Assembly: GCA_052327205.1 (NCBI GenBank)
Contig: CM126206.1
Coordinates: forward strand, 210,304,001-210,368,000
Source of the DNA: Somniosus microcephalus
Taxonomy: Eukaryota
Length of the DNA stretch: 64,000 bases
Reading direction: 5' to 3'
The translations under genes and the position numbers were made by a program. The notes beneath the pieces were generated by a model, which worked only from the letters and a program-made list of their open reading frames with translations, was not told the DNA's origin and made no database searches. Below are positions 36,690 through 50,331 of the stretch, in pieces. The first letter of the stretch is position 1. The number at the start of each line of letters is the position of its first letter.

Positions 36690-36917
36690 ATAAAGGGTCA
36701 CGCGTCTCCTCTGTGTATGTATTGAAATTTTAATCTCCCTAGTCACGTGACTCATTAAATAATTAATGCAGCCGGTCCGGAATAGATATGTAGTCGTCAG
36801 TATTCGCACTAGATCTGTTTCAGTCTGATGTGAAAATGAACTTTCCTTAAAAAATAAGTCTATAATTGGAAGACCTGTCTCAGAAAGGGGAGAGGCACAA
36901 ATCAGGCAAGAATTGTG
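36690..36917 (+). promoter_or_regulatory. Candidate upstream HoxA3 promoter and non-coding exon
   Basis: Palindrome AGTCACGTGACT (36741-36752), TCATTAAATAATTAATG homeodomain sites, and donor TG|GTGAGT at 36918. Confidence 0.55.
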
Positions 36918-39900
36918 GTGAGTAGTGTCTTTATGATCCTGGCTTTATTCTGTTTATATTTTTACAATACTTTTATTTCTTAAAACTGTCATAAATGTGA
37001 TGAATAGCGCCCTTTAGTATTCAGATTTAAATCACGGCATGTCTGTGATGGTGTTTAGTCAGTCTCTCGCGTGTCAGTAATATTTTAGATTTTTTTCATG
37101 ATTAATTGCAACAAATACAAACACATATGATGATGTTCTAGTTCACAGTATGTATGCCTGGATACCACGGTGTAGCTGTGCTGCTTTGTTCAATTTTCCT
37201 GTCGTTAATAAATCACCATCTCTTACATGCGCAGGGCTGAGAGGCAACTGTAGGCAGCAGCGTTTGTAAATGAAGAGGCACAAGCTAAATTCCTCTATGA
37301 TTCATTAATTTGAGCGATTTACAATAAGTGGCAGAGTTATGGTGCTCCAGCAAATGCACTAACATATGTAATTCTGAGCAAAGTGCAGCACTTGTTCTGT
37401 CTATGTACTGCTTGCCTTGTGCGTGGAAATAATGTGCAACTATGAGCCGGACAATACACATAACACCAAAGAGTTGTACAGAAACACCTGTCTTTATTGT
37501 TGTGCTTTAGGACAAATTTCCGGCCCTGTTTATTGTCAAAATATGTTATTCATATATTTCCATAGTGTTGCTGATATAAACTTTGAACTTATTTGGACGC
37601 AATTTGTCCTCGTGAAAGAATGCATTTGTTCTTTGCAATGTTCTTGCTCTTATTTAATCGATGCATTTGATGTTGGTACCTGAGGATAGTACACCCAGAA
37701 AGCGTGCATTGTTTGCACTCATAATTAAGTACCGCTCCTAATATTTACAATAAAAGATCATTAGTAAAAGTACATAGCACTTAATTAAATGTCTCATCGC
37801 TCCAGTCAAGTACGTTTTATTATTCTTACTATTGGCTATGATCAATCAAAACAAGATAATTGCAATAGTATAACGGCTGGTACAATGTCTTCAGCTTCCG
37901 GGCTGGCATTCCAATAAAACACTTCTGTAATTGGATCCACCTCCTAAAATAAGAACAACACAAATCCATTATGAGTAACTATTTGGCAACCGATTCACGA
38001 TGTTTTATTTTAACGACAATAAATGTGCTCCTTTTAGGTCTAGACTGAAACAGGAGTCGCTCCAGAATAGTCTAATTGGGCATTGAGATGGGCTAGAGTC
38101 CGAAATTAAGAGGTAACACATTTTGATTTGGTTGCACTGCTGAAATCGAATGTCAGGTTTCAGGTGGACGTGTTTTATTTTAGTGTAACAGGTGGTTTAA
38201 TGCTGCAGTTCATCGGAATCAGTGAACACTAAATGAAAATGTAATTTATTTTTCCAACTCTGTTATAAGATGAGAGGTTGCGTGCACGCCGCAGAGTTGA
38301 TTCCTTCCACGTTGAAATGTATTAGCCAGCTGCAAAAGGTAGCCATGGAGCCATTTGAGAGTGTCAATTCGGTGGTTATTTAAGGGAACAAAAGCCTAGG
38401 GTACTTCCTTTGTTTGGGGTTCACAGCAACCTCAAAGAATTCACTGGAGCTACAAACATACAGCTTGATTTATTTAAAATAGAATACAATAATTATCATT
38501 TTTAAAGGAAAGACAACTTTGTCTGTGATGCTAGCAAATAATATATTTGTCATTTTCAACATAGTATGAATTTGAAAAACAAACTTGGCAGGGAAAACTA
38601 TTATTAAAAGATTTACTGCAATCGTGTAGGGCAGCTATGTTCTTTTGCATGTTAATTTGTAGCCTTACAGATTGCCAAAATAAAAGTGCTTGTAACCATA
38701 TTTGAAGGTTGGCATACTTTGTATAGCCACCTATTTATTTTTAATAGGAACCAAATGTAACCGCAATGTAATCTTCCTCAATGTCCATTTATAACGTTAG
38801 CATGCAATTTTGTCCCATTTACGTTTATATATTAAAGCTAACCCGCGATTCTGCTGTTGTAATAAACAAAATACAGTGAAGGGGTCTGAAATCCCTTGGC
38901 TGGAAGTGAGCGTACAATATATCGGGTTTCTTTGTTTTATTATTATGAGACTGACAACAAAAATCGAAGTAAGAACCATCCGACTGTTTCCGTTTCCCTT
39001 CATCATTCTGCTTAGTGTAAATATCTAAATACACGGACTTTCCGATTTGATGTGCAATTTTATTAAAAGACAGAAAGCAAAGTTTAAAAATAAATATTTA
39101 TTTTCAACCTTCTCGAGTTACGACATTGGAAATCCAGTACAAATAGAAGTTATGGGTGTGATATCTGTTATAACACGTGAAATGGAAAATCACATCTAAA
39201 TATTCTAAAAATATAACATGTTAATAAAGAAAAAGAAATCCACAAGTAAGAATCGACTAAGGAAAGGAATGTAGGAAAGAACGGCAAAGGCACCTTTAAT
39301 TTGCACACCATTCCATAAACAATATATTGAACAATGTGTTGATTTGCCTGCAGTGAATACGAGTAAATGGTGTTGCTAGACTTTTTGAAGTACCGGAGTG
39401 GTAAGAAAGCTCAAATTTTCTGGTTAGTTTAAAGTGCCGTTTGATAACTAGAGTAGTTTTATGGCGTGGAATGAGGAGTGTAATAAATTACTCGGCCTTA
39501 ATGCTTTGTTGTGATGGGTTTGTCAATTGCACCCGCATGCTGAAATGAGTTTCTTAGAGGGCCACTCTTAACATGAAAACAAACAGAATTTTGCTGATAT
39601 TTGGCTGCTTTATTTTTCAGATAGTTTCAGTTTAAAGTTTATATCATTTAGATTTAAACAAAAACGATTGTTTCATTGCGGCCATTCGATTGTTGGAACG
39701 TTTTCTAATGCTCCAAGCTATCACCCTAATTTTATTCAAATCAGCGTTAGCCTAAATCTTGCACCAAATCCTGTTTCTTAAGTTTATTCACCAGTTTCAG
39801 GGTCTAATATTTCTACCTAAAGAGTGTATTTGTTCTAGGGAGCAAATTGAACGAAATTATGTTTAAACGTGGTTGAACACCAATAAAGACCTTATCGTTT

Positions 39901-42769
39901 GATTCCAAGACAATAGTTCTCTTATCCGTAGTTTTACATTTGTTACAATGCTAATAAATGGATGTTTAAAAAGATCAATGAAGATTAAAATGAAACGTGT
40001 AGCAGTGGTTAGTGCTTAAAGTGCAAACCCCATTTGCTCTGCCATGCTGCTCGGCTTCACCCTTACCTTCGCAATACATTGGGACTTAGCTCTCCTCAAG
40101 TCTGGTGCAGCTGTTTCCTAAACCAACACCGCCTAAATGCAATGCCAGTTTGCAAGCATGCTAGCCTAACAATGAACCACAGAAACTTTATTGTATGTGG
40201 CTAATAACCAGGTTTGATCCAGATTCTGCTAACAATTATTTTTAAGTCACGTGAACGGATTCCATAAGGTTTTTCCCCCCTCGACTTGGCCCTGCTTGTT
40301 TGCCGGGCTGTTTTTTTTCTCTCTCTTCAATACATAGATCTCACAGAAAACCAGTACCCCAGACGTCTGCAAAAACCTATAAGGCAAACAGTTCAGTATT
40401 TGTAGGGTGCCGAATCAGTGTCAAGGAGCGAAACTTCATTCTCTGGCCTTTCTGATTTGAAAAGGTTTTGCAGGAGGAAGGAAAGCTGCCTGGAGTAAGC
40501 ACAAAGCAATATATTTAAAACAGCCGGATAGACTGGAAAATGTAGAATCTTCAGTGTGCTTTGAAACTTTGCCCCAGTAAAGCACATTACCAATTTCACA
40601 GCAGCCTTTATCAGTCCTTTGAGGCTGGTTTGGATTTGGCTGAATTCTCAGGTAAGCAATAAGACTTCTTTGTAGCTCTATCTATTTGCACACAGGATAA
40701 ATTCCAGCTCAGTTCGTAATTAATGGCACAAAATTTGACCTAAGGAAAGGGAAGTCATTGCTTATCGCCAAGCCCGATGGCCCTTTACTCGGATTCTCCT
40801 ATCTTTATAATGCACACGTCATTTGTAGTTATGTCCTCGAACCTTTTATGGCTGAATTTTGTATTGTTTTTAAAGTTTGTGCTGATATTGCAAAAATGGC
40901 TATTAGTTGATAGAACAGAAGAGTATTTAACTTTGGACATTTTAGCATTAAGATAGATCTGTGAGCGTGAGAGCGATTTGTTGGTTTGATGGGATCCACT
41001 TGTCCAACAGTGTCCAAAAGACATGTTTTAACTTTAGTCGTCGAAGAGTCGATTTCGTCTATGTCCCAATTTCAGAAGGTTTCTTGCACATTTCAAAGAA
41101 ACCTGGCGTAAGTTTCTGTATATCTATTTATCTGCTATCTATCTATAGATATGTGTGTACTTATATATTATGTACATATATTTAAGTATGTGTGTGCATT
41201 TAATAGTTTCAGCGTCAAAATGTCGAACTTCACTTCGTGGCGTTCATCAATGATTCATTAATATTTGACTCTGTGTGTTGAAAGTTTAACTGTGGCCTTT
41301 ATAAGACGATTGCACGGATTTTGTTCAGCGTAAAGAATATGGAGTGCGTCTAAAGTTTGCTGACATTGAAAGGCCAATAGCTCGCCTTACTTTTGTACCC
41401 TGACATTTGAAGTTACTGTAATGATTATAATTTAACTCAATTCATTACCGGCTATACTTAGCTGTCCAGCTGAAAACTTTTGGTGTATGTGAGTTTTTCT
41501 AAAACTGTAGAGTGGGACATGTAAAGCAACTTCCGATCATTTGTGGCACTAAACAATGCCTACATGTCAGAATAGTGTTTTAAGAATACGTGTCTAGATT
41601 GTGTAAAATAGATTGTAGTGAATATTTATATAACGACTCTTAGAGACGTTCAAGAAATAAAAATGACAATAAGTAGAAGGAAGCGAGGGTGGAAGTGGAA
41701 GGGGCGCAAGAACGTAAAACAGAATGAAGGGACAGTTCAGTACAGAATTTACAAGAGGAAGGGGCGTTTTATAATTAAATTTAAATTGAAGAACTTACGT
41801 GCTTAGAATAGAGGCAAATTAACTACTAATCTCTTACATGGAATTTATTTTAACAACTTCAGTCATATGGAAATAGTAGGTGTATTGATATTTTCTCTTA
41901 CATACTTTCTCTTTGCCCCCAAACTTTCAATACGTGTTGCACTAAAGTAACGTACATCCCGTAGAGAAACAACCCTGTGACCCAGAGATTTCAATTCTAT
42001 TTCATTAATACACACTGGCCAATTTCTCATCAATGGTTCCGCATCACTATTAACATATATTACATTGAACCTATTTTGCACTTTCTACCACAAGAAATTC
42101 CGTGCATCACTCAATTGGCAGAAAACGTGTAAACACACATTTTACATGAGGGTCCCTACAGACACGATTTACCATTCCACTGGAAAAAAAATCAGAATCA
42201 TCACATCGCTGTCAAGTCCACTCCTCACCCTGGGTTACACTGACTAAAATCACCTAAGCTTTCTGTGACACTGCTTTGCCTTTGTCAGGTAATTATAAAC
42301 CTTTTCTAGTTTCCATAACTAGCATGGTGTAACGTGTGGGTGTTAAGTAAGCCCAGTACAATAGCGCTCTAAAAAGCACGCTCTGAAAAGGGAGATTCGC
42401 GTGGAAGCTTAACCACTGTGGGGCTTCCCTGCATGTCTGACTGTTTTGGTCGAAAATGTGAGGCGCTCCCTTCTTCATAGATCGATTTAAACTCCCGTTC
42501 CTGGTTTTAATGCGTTACAAACAGCTATTCATCTGTTCCAAGTTGTTCAGTCGACAGGCTCCGGATAGAGGTCTTTCACACTATGAGATACAGACAACAC
42601 AACTTACCTTATCGTAGATTTCCTGCAAAGGATTATCGCGGAACAACCTTCTGCAACACCAACAAAACTCTGCTTAAGAAACTTCTCAGGTTTTGTTGGG
42701 TAAAAAGTTAGGGTTTGCTTGAAAAAAGTGTTCCTTTAATTATCTCCCAAATTCAAATAAAAGGATTTA

Positions 42770-43027
42770 AGTTGACGTATGACCACGTGAGCACATAATA
42801 CAGCGCATTATTGTGGCATTTGGATCGGAGACCTATGCTGGCTTCGGCTGTGATTACGCTTTTCCACTTTCTGTTAAGAGCCAGCTATTTTCTTCTAAAG
42901 AGATTGCACTCTGGGCGCTGGATTTCACATGAAGGAATATATGCGAGCAGGGAGAGATGCTGCATTTAGCGGAATGGATTTTATTTTGAGGTATTTCAAA
43001 TGCTTCCGTTGATTGTTCATTAATATG
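42770..43027 (+). promoter_or_regulatory. Second candidate HoxA3 promoter and non-coding exon
   Basis: TGACGT and CCACGTGA (42784) followed by a conserved-looking leader and donor ATG|GTGAGT at 43028. Confidence 0.5.
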
Positions 43028-45739
43028 GTGAGTTATTGCTGTTCAAGGCAAAGGTCAGTGGAAAGGCTTACGGGTGTCAGATTGTGCCAGAACACGCTTA
43101 GTTTCCTTTTTTTCTGCTTGCTTCGGCACATAATCCATTTCCAATAATATTTCTCTCCGTATGGTAAATACAAAATAAGTTATTTTGTAGAATATTGTGC
43201 GGATTACATGCATGTGTTGTTCCTTAAAACACGAACAATCGAATATTGAAATCCTGTCAATGGCCGCTCTCTGCCGATTATGTACAAACAAAACATCGTA
43301 TGTTTATCACATAAAATTCGACGCCAATATATCTGGTTGCAATAGCCGATAATAAAAATGATTATTATATCACATGGGCATAAATATACATTTACCTATT
43401 CTGACATTTTATTCATTATATAATGTGCTCCAATGAAAGGTTCTTCGTCCATTTTAGAAATCCAGTCAGCTAGTTTGTGAATTGTGCTGTCTCTGGAATT
43501 AGGTTATTAGGTTTTTCGTTACTATGTGTGCGACGCTGAACTCTCAATGAAACACATCGCTTAATGGATGGGCATTACATTCTATGTTTCTATATATGAC
43601 GTACAGTGATTTTATGAAAAAAAGATTAAGACAGTTCTTCAATGGTTGATTTAAAAAAATAATTGTTGCCTAAAAAATGTCCATATTTGTTCATCTTCAC
43701 AGTGGTAGTATTTGATTAATGCAAGACATAAAGCAGGTTGAATCGGGGGATTATTTACTAGCAGGCCATCATTGCATTGGAATATTGATTGCCTGGAGAA
43801 TTTAACGAAATAAATTAAAAGGTGATAGAACCTAAACCAATACTGCCCTTTAAAAAAAAATACATGCGCGATGAATAAAAGGCAGGAAAAGACTGGTAAT
43901 GTTATGCTGGGGGTGCAAATGTTATATAAAATTGCGCCCACCACTGAGTCCTGCTCAGGAAAGGTCAGAGTGTTGCGATTTGATTTATGTTTTCGGTATG
44001 CTGGGACAGCCGTGCCAGTGCAATCTGCTTTAACGAATGCTTTACTTCTTTTTATATATGACAAATCACATTGGCAATTATTGATAGCCAGATCAGTACC
44101 CTACCGTAATTCTACCAATCGCGTAAAATAAAGCTAAATATGTGTGTGTGTGGAGGGGGGGGGGGGGATTATTGTAAATAAGCTCATTTCTGCGATATAT
44201 TCAGTCCTACGCTACATGTATATGAACAAAATACATTTATTAGAGGATGTCACTACTTTGCAAACTATTTTGTCGCAAAATGCATCATGCCCGTACTTTG
44301 AATATTGTTGTTATTTTTTGTCCTCATTGGACTTTGAAGGCTCAATTTTTTCCTCTATTTAAAACCTTGCATTACATCTGCAGTTTTTAGTCTCTCTCCC
44401 CCACCCCCACCCCCACCCTCCCAACGTTAAATGCAAAAACTGAGCAAATATTTTTGTTAAATACATTAAAAAATGTAATTGCAGTTCGGTTACACGTCAC
44501 TGTTTCTTTTTGATTTATTATCAAGTCTTGGCGCAAATTTGACAAGGCTGAAACATACATAAATAATACAATTGTTTTACAGTGTTTGAGAGCAAATGAG
44601 AATTGGATTAGTACAGATGCATTTGAAAAAGATACTTACATAAAGTACATTATTAGCTATGGCGCACAGAAAATCTACAAGGTTTTATATGATAAATCCT
44701 TAGCTTGCAAGATTTCGTTCAATATTCAACAAAAATCCTAACGTAGTTCAGAGATTATTTTCTCATTTATTGGAATGTTATAATATGTGTATAATTGATT
44801 CAAGATGTTAGGTTGGTTTCTGTCCGTTAATAATCCATGTAGAATTAGTCGATTTACTTAAAGCAAGGATCTCAGTTCTCCGGCGCCTTTTCTTTTACTC
44901 CGTGGAAATTAATGGTTTCTCGTTTCCGTTCCAGACTTTATCCTAAATAACAATTCTACGACCAGAGGCTTTTCAGTGAGACTGAACAAACTTTCGGTGA
45001 GTTTTCTGAACTATTATGATTTTTAAAAATACATATGGTCGTTAAAAACTCGAAATGCAATCATTGCAAAGTGTCATGTTTATTAGCCCCAGTGCAGGCG
45101 GTGGGTGATGCTGAGCATCTAATAAAAGAGCCACAATAGGCTATTACAATTTAAATCACAAGTGGGTTTTAGAATAGTCCGATAAATAAACATAAATATA
45201 TTAACTATAGAGGAAGTTACATAAATCATACATTATAGGTCGTAAAATTGATGCTAACTCGTTGCAGATAACATTATTTAGTATTAAAGATGGCTGACGG
45301 AAATGTAAACTTTTGGTTATGGCCTTCGAATTTCGAGCAAGCTATCTTAGAAATGGAAGTTATGACTGCTGCAATAAAATATCAACACCTTGTAAAAAAG
45401 CAGTGGGATCTATCGCTTTGATTAAGCCAAACGTTCTCGCCCTCTCTCTCTCTCTTCGTTTACTTCCTCTTTGTAAAACTTAGCAACTAGCTGCAGGGAG
45501 AGTCGTCAATCACGAAGGCGTAAAACATTTCTTATCCAGTATTTTAGTTCGCTGCACCCGACGACCTGGCGATGATTTTAGAAGCGCGCTGACATAAACC
45601 GGGCGCTTTCAATTTCTATCCAGCCGCTTCTTAACTGAAACCCACTGAGCCAAACTAAGTTACAGAAAGTTTTTTTAAAATCCAGCACCCGTTGGCGTTA
45701 CTTTTATGCCATCTTCCTACGACCTCAAGAGAAAGAGAA

Positions 45740-45990
45740 AAAGTTGGAGTCAGCACTTTAAGAAAAGTATACGGGCTGATCATTGACAATAAAGTACTTC
45801 ACTACAGATAGAACATTGAGCGGCTTACTTGAAAAGTTGCATACGAGTGAATTTTTGCCCCTATCTTCCCTCCTACGCTGCTTGGCTTCCCCTTTCATGT
45901 AGTTGCATCGCAATAAGCGATAGGAGCAAGTGTTTTCTCTTTAGTGCTCTGTTTACAGCCTGAGTGCATGAAGTCATAAATCTTACGTAG
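45740..45990. promoter_or_regulatory. Hoxa3 rhombomere 5/6 enhancer (kreisler/MafB + Hox/Pbx sites)
   Basis: GTCAGCA MARE half-site (45749), TGATCATTGAC (45777) and TCATAAATCT (45974), in the order known for the KrA, HOX/PBC-A and HOX/PBC-B sites. Confidence 0.75.
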
Positions 45991-46972
45991 CCATAAACGA
46001 CAGAAGCATTGGTATGCATAAGGGGTGACTATAGCTCATATACTCTTTCACTCCTCGCCTTTCAGCCTCGGTTTTTCTTCTGAAGTGTAACTTTTCACTC
46101 CTGTGCCTGAAACACTTTTACTTCAGCATCTTTAACACCTTTAGTTCCCTGAATACTAAGAAATTGGCACTGCTTTAAAACCAATTGAACCTGTTTGAAA
46201 CCGGCTGTAATTTTACCCTTGTGCCATATTTCCTCCGAACTATTCTCATGCTGTACTTCAAACAAAGGCCTTTCTTTGCAACAAGGAGTTAATAAAAGTT
46301 AAGGCAGTACTTTTAACGCGGAAGATTAAAAGCATGTTTAAAGAATGTTTACCTTTATATAAATTTAATATAATTATTATTAAAATGTGAGTTGATTGAA
46401 ATGGGCCGAGTTTGATTCAAGTTATGATTGCAGAGATTCAATGATTGCCAAACCCAAGCGCTTGTGTCCTCCGCGTTGGTTAATTTGCATAATTTTTCAC
46501 TTGTGACGCTATGTTTCGGGGGAGTTTACCCAGCCTGTCTGTTCAGTACTCCCAGACAGCAATCTTAAAATCCGCGCTTTTAGCATTCAATATTCATAAG
46601 AAACATACCCCATTTCTTTGGTATTAGATAAGAGCAGCCAGGAAAGCTGATAGTAGTCTTATCTCCCTGACCAGGGCGCGCTACCATAATCACAGGGCTG
46701 TCTATCGAAAAGCTAGAGCCTTCTCTCCAGTTCTTTGCAGCTCTACCATTTTCCTTTCCCCATTTGCGGTTGTCGCCAACGAGTGAATTTCAGCGCATAA
46801 GAGTAACTGTTTACCTTCATTCTACTTAATTTGGAAGTTTTGAAACTCCTGCTTATCGATTTCCCCGGTGATTCTGAAAATATTGTGCCGTGGTCTGCGT
46901 CTATCGTCAGAGGCTAAGGTAAGCTGGACACAAATAGGCTATCACTCGTGAATGGCGGAGTTTATGTCCCAG

Positions 46973-47017
46973 TGATTTATGACCATATGACTTAAATCTC
47001 GGTTCAAGAAGAGTTCA
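46973..47017 (+). promoter_or_regulatory. HoxA3 upstream DR5 RARE with adjacent Pbx-Hox site
   Basis: GGTTCA-AGAAG-AGTTCA (47001-47017), preceded by TGATTTATGA (46973). Confidence 0.88.
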
Positions 47018-50000
47018 CATGCTATAGCTTCCTTTCACGTCGTGACTGATACCCGTAGGCTTCGAATTCAAGTCTTTTATTTCTATTTTCTGCTTCTCCT
47101 TCGCCGTTGATCGGTTTCTTTGAGATATTTTCCTCTACATTTTCCAAGTTTTGTGAATTTATTGTTGCCTATAATGCCGCCTGAGGCAAATCTATACACA
47201 TGAACTAAGAAACACTGTTGCTCTTGGTGGAATCTGGGTTCCAGTGCTTTCTTTTTCAACTTTTTCTACCTTTCTTACCTTTAGATATGTTAGAGGGAAC
47301 GCGGAAGGTTGTTTATGGTGGCAATTTATTTGCAAACATGCATTTACGCCTGGGCTTATCTGTATCATTAGTTGGAAAAAAATACATTAATTTAACAAAT
47401 ACCTAACGTGGAGGAAAGTTTGTTAGCCATGAGTCCATATTTCACTCCAATAGATAACATTTTTCTTCTGCTGTGCTGTCCGATTAGCAGTAAATATATA
47501 TATATATTTATGTAAGAATAAAACAGCTTCTGTATTATCTGTACAACGTGTCAGTTTCCAGTCACAAACCATCTTTGTACTAAAACATATGAACAGAATG
47601 AGAAAGAATAGCACTCCAAGGTATATTTTTTTAAAAGATTAGGAATATTGAAGAAATTGGTTTACAAAATACTGAAGGGTTACTGAGTGTAATGGCGTAG
47701 AATTAGACGCAGAGCGTTACACAGGTGAGTGAGGTTGTATTTGTTGTTGAAAGAAAAATGGCGGACAGCACGCAGGTCTGCGAAACCAAATGAAGATTTC
47801 GATGTTTGAGCTCCGATTATCAAGGATTTCCAATAATTATTTTTCATAATGGAAGGAGTAAAACACAGCGTTTTCCTAATAGTTTATTTCTGCTTGCTTG
47901 AGAACAAGCCTTGATAATATAGCAAGAATAACTCGAAACATTGCAAATTATTGACAACTCCTTAACACTCAAACCCAATAATTCAATAACTTTTATGTTA
48001 CTGTCGCCTATGGTGGTAACCAGCTCCTTAAACTTATCCAAGGGCCTGTGGTTTCAGGCGTAGCACTGGACAGTTTGCTGTGCATCACTCATTATTTAAC
48101 GATTTCAGCTTTAGAAAATGCTTCGAGAACTTTAAGTGCTGCGAACAACACCAATGACAGATTCTATAAGGTCAGGACGTTACAATTATCTTTCAAAAGC
48201 ATGTTTTGTTGCTTGGAGCGTCCAGTTTCAGAAACACACAAAAATGTTATTTAAAACCTGTACTTAGCACAACTCTGTCCTCCCTTACTGACCTTAGCAG
48301 CTTCGCTTTCGCTTACAGCTCTAAAAAAAATTACAGCAGCCTTGAAGTTCAGGTCATATTCAATGGGATGTAGCAAAGTATGTTTTACAGAAACCTAAGA
48401 ATGTACAAGATTAGAAAAGGACAATGCAGTACATTTGGCCGGTCAACAAAATTGTACGAAACACACAGAAAACATTTTGAAACAATCAGGTTTAAAATGA
48501 ACAGTAAAGCTCTGTTTACCAGAAGCTTGAACTATTTTCTTAGCAGTCCCACAAAATGGAAGGGCTCGCTTTAAAAGTGTATTTTCCTTTGTATTAGTGT
48601 GACTGGGGCAAAGAAAGGCCTAGCAAATAATGGTGTGCTCGACTAGGTTTTCAAAATAAAAAAAATCTCTTCATAATAACCGATCTCTAGATATCTTAAA
48701 CTACAGAACGTGCGCGTTTGTGACAAAACATCCGAATATTTTTTGTAGATTAAACAAAGATCTGCAGGCCCAGAATGAGCTTTGTATATCCGAAGCGAAA
48801 ATAATTCGCTGATGTCCTTTCAATTGATTTTTATTCCATGCGAGATGCAGTTTAAAATTATTCTTTAACTGAGATATAAGGATTATTGGATTTTCAGGAA
48901 GATGATAATTAACTGAAACACTTGAATAGAATCGTGCTATGTTTACTGCCGGTTTCTCATGATGCAGGCGCTTTATGTGGGCTGGGCTCGCAACTCTTCC
49001 CCCGGCCCAGTGACCCCCATACATCAAATTACGAGCAGTTTCAGAGACAGAGCCTATTATCGTTTGGTTGGAAGAAAAGTTCACACCGTGGTCATGAAGA
49101 AGAACGCCAGTTTTTCAGGTTCCTGGTGCTTTCCGATCCATCATGCTTTTAGCAGGTAGAATTCAAACAGTAAAAGGAACCCGTGGAAATTTCCGCCAGA
49201 CCAAATGGTGACCTGTTAAAAGTGGAACCAACAACAAGCAAGACATTTCTACCCGCCAGTCTGTATAAATTTGGAGAGCCAAAACAAGCACTAGTTAAAA
49301 TGCAATGATATCAAACACAGAGCACTTAATGTCCACTTAGGGCACATACTGAATGTTTGTTCCACGTTCCGGGTTTGAGAATGGCGAGAGCGGTATTTTA
49401 ACACTCTTTTCCAAAGAAACATCTTTATTACAATACCAGTGGTGCCTGTTACACGAGAGGAATGCACAAATACGAACTAACACTACTAAACAGTCAGCGG
49501 CAAAATCTGCCAATATTTTTAATGATATTTAAATGATAGCGTTTTCACACGGTGCCGCAATTAACTTGCTAGTTATGTTTTGAATATAACGTTAAAATAA
49601 ACCCATGCATAAATTAGAGTTTGCTTTTTTTGGCTTTCTTTGCAGAAAGTTTTAGCTGCTAAATCTGCTTTCACTCGGTTTCACTTTTTAACAAATCATT
49701 AACTTGTCACAGTGATTGCATCATTTGGATTTCATCTCATTAGATCTGCTTGAGATGTAACTAACGAATCACATATTTACAATTGAGTCCGGTTTCCAAA
49801 GATGTACAGAGATCGCAAAACTATAACATTCCGTAACCATTGGTTTGAAAATTGTTTTTATATAAACGTATCGTGGTTCTTCTTTTCAACTACCCAAGAA
49901 GAAGGCTGCTCCTATTTTAACCTACCGAAATCCATGTCTCACGTGAGCCCTTATGTAGTATTGTATTTCCCCGATGAGACAAAATAAAATAAAAAGCTGG

Positions 50001-50215
50001 AATCTACAGCTACCGATCGTTTGCTGCTCAGCCACACTGAGCATTTACCGCCGAGAATCAGTTTTAAACAGCTGTTATACTCAGATTGCCCAGGGCTAAA
50101 CTGTGTGACCAAATATTGCTGCACACTTTTTTATGCCTTTTCATGTCAGTTGCTATTGAGAGTAAGATGGATTTGTACCATTTCGCCATTATGGTTTTGT
50201 TTCTTGTAACCCCAG

Positions 50216-50331
50216 ATCTACCCGAAGAGGCCATTGGAAGAAGAGAGTCACGTGACACAGGGTGCCAATGTTATTCTATAAGGGTGTCAAGACCCTGTCA
50301 GTTTGCGAAATAAATATTGGGAAACAACGAG
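50216..50331 (+). promoter_or_regulatory. Conserved HoxA3 5'UTR part of coding exon / proximal promoter
   Basis: Acceptor TTTCTTGTAACCCCAG| at 50215, then CCATTGG and GTCACGTGAC (50247). Confidence 0.65.

Noticed and set aside
39996-40025. GTAGCAGTGGTTAGTGC resembling a tRNA-derived SINE A-box
   Set aside because: No B-box, SINE body or tail visible.
43651-44131. Overlapping 137-aa and 86-aa intergenic ORFs
   Set aside because: No domain similarity; composition typical of AT-rich non-coding DNA.
48701-49159. 127-aa minus ORF and overlapping plus ORFs
   Set aside because: No recognisable protein features or supporting gene structure.
50216-50331. Calling the conserved Hox leaders IRES elements
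   Set aside because: They carry CCAAT and E-box promoter motifs, and IRES activity cannot be inferred from sequence.
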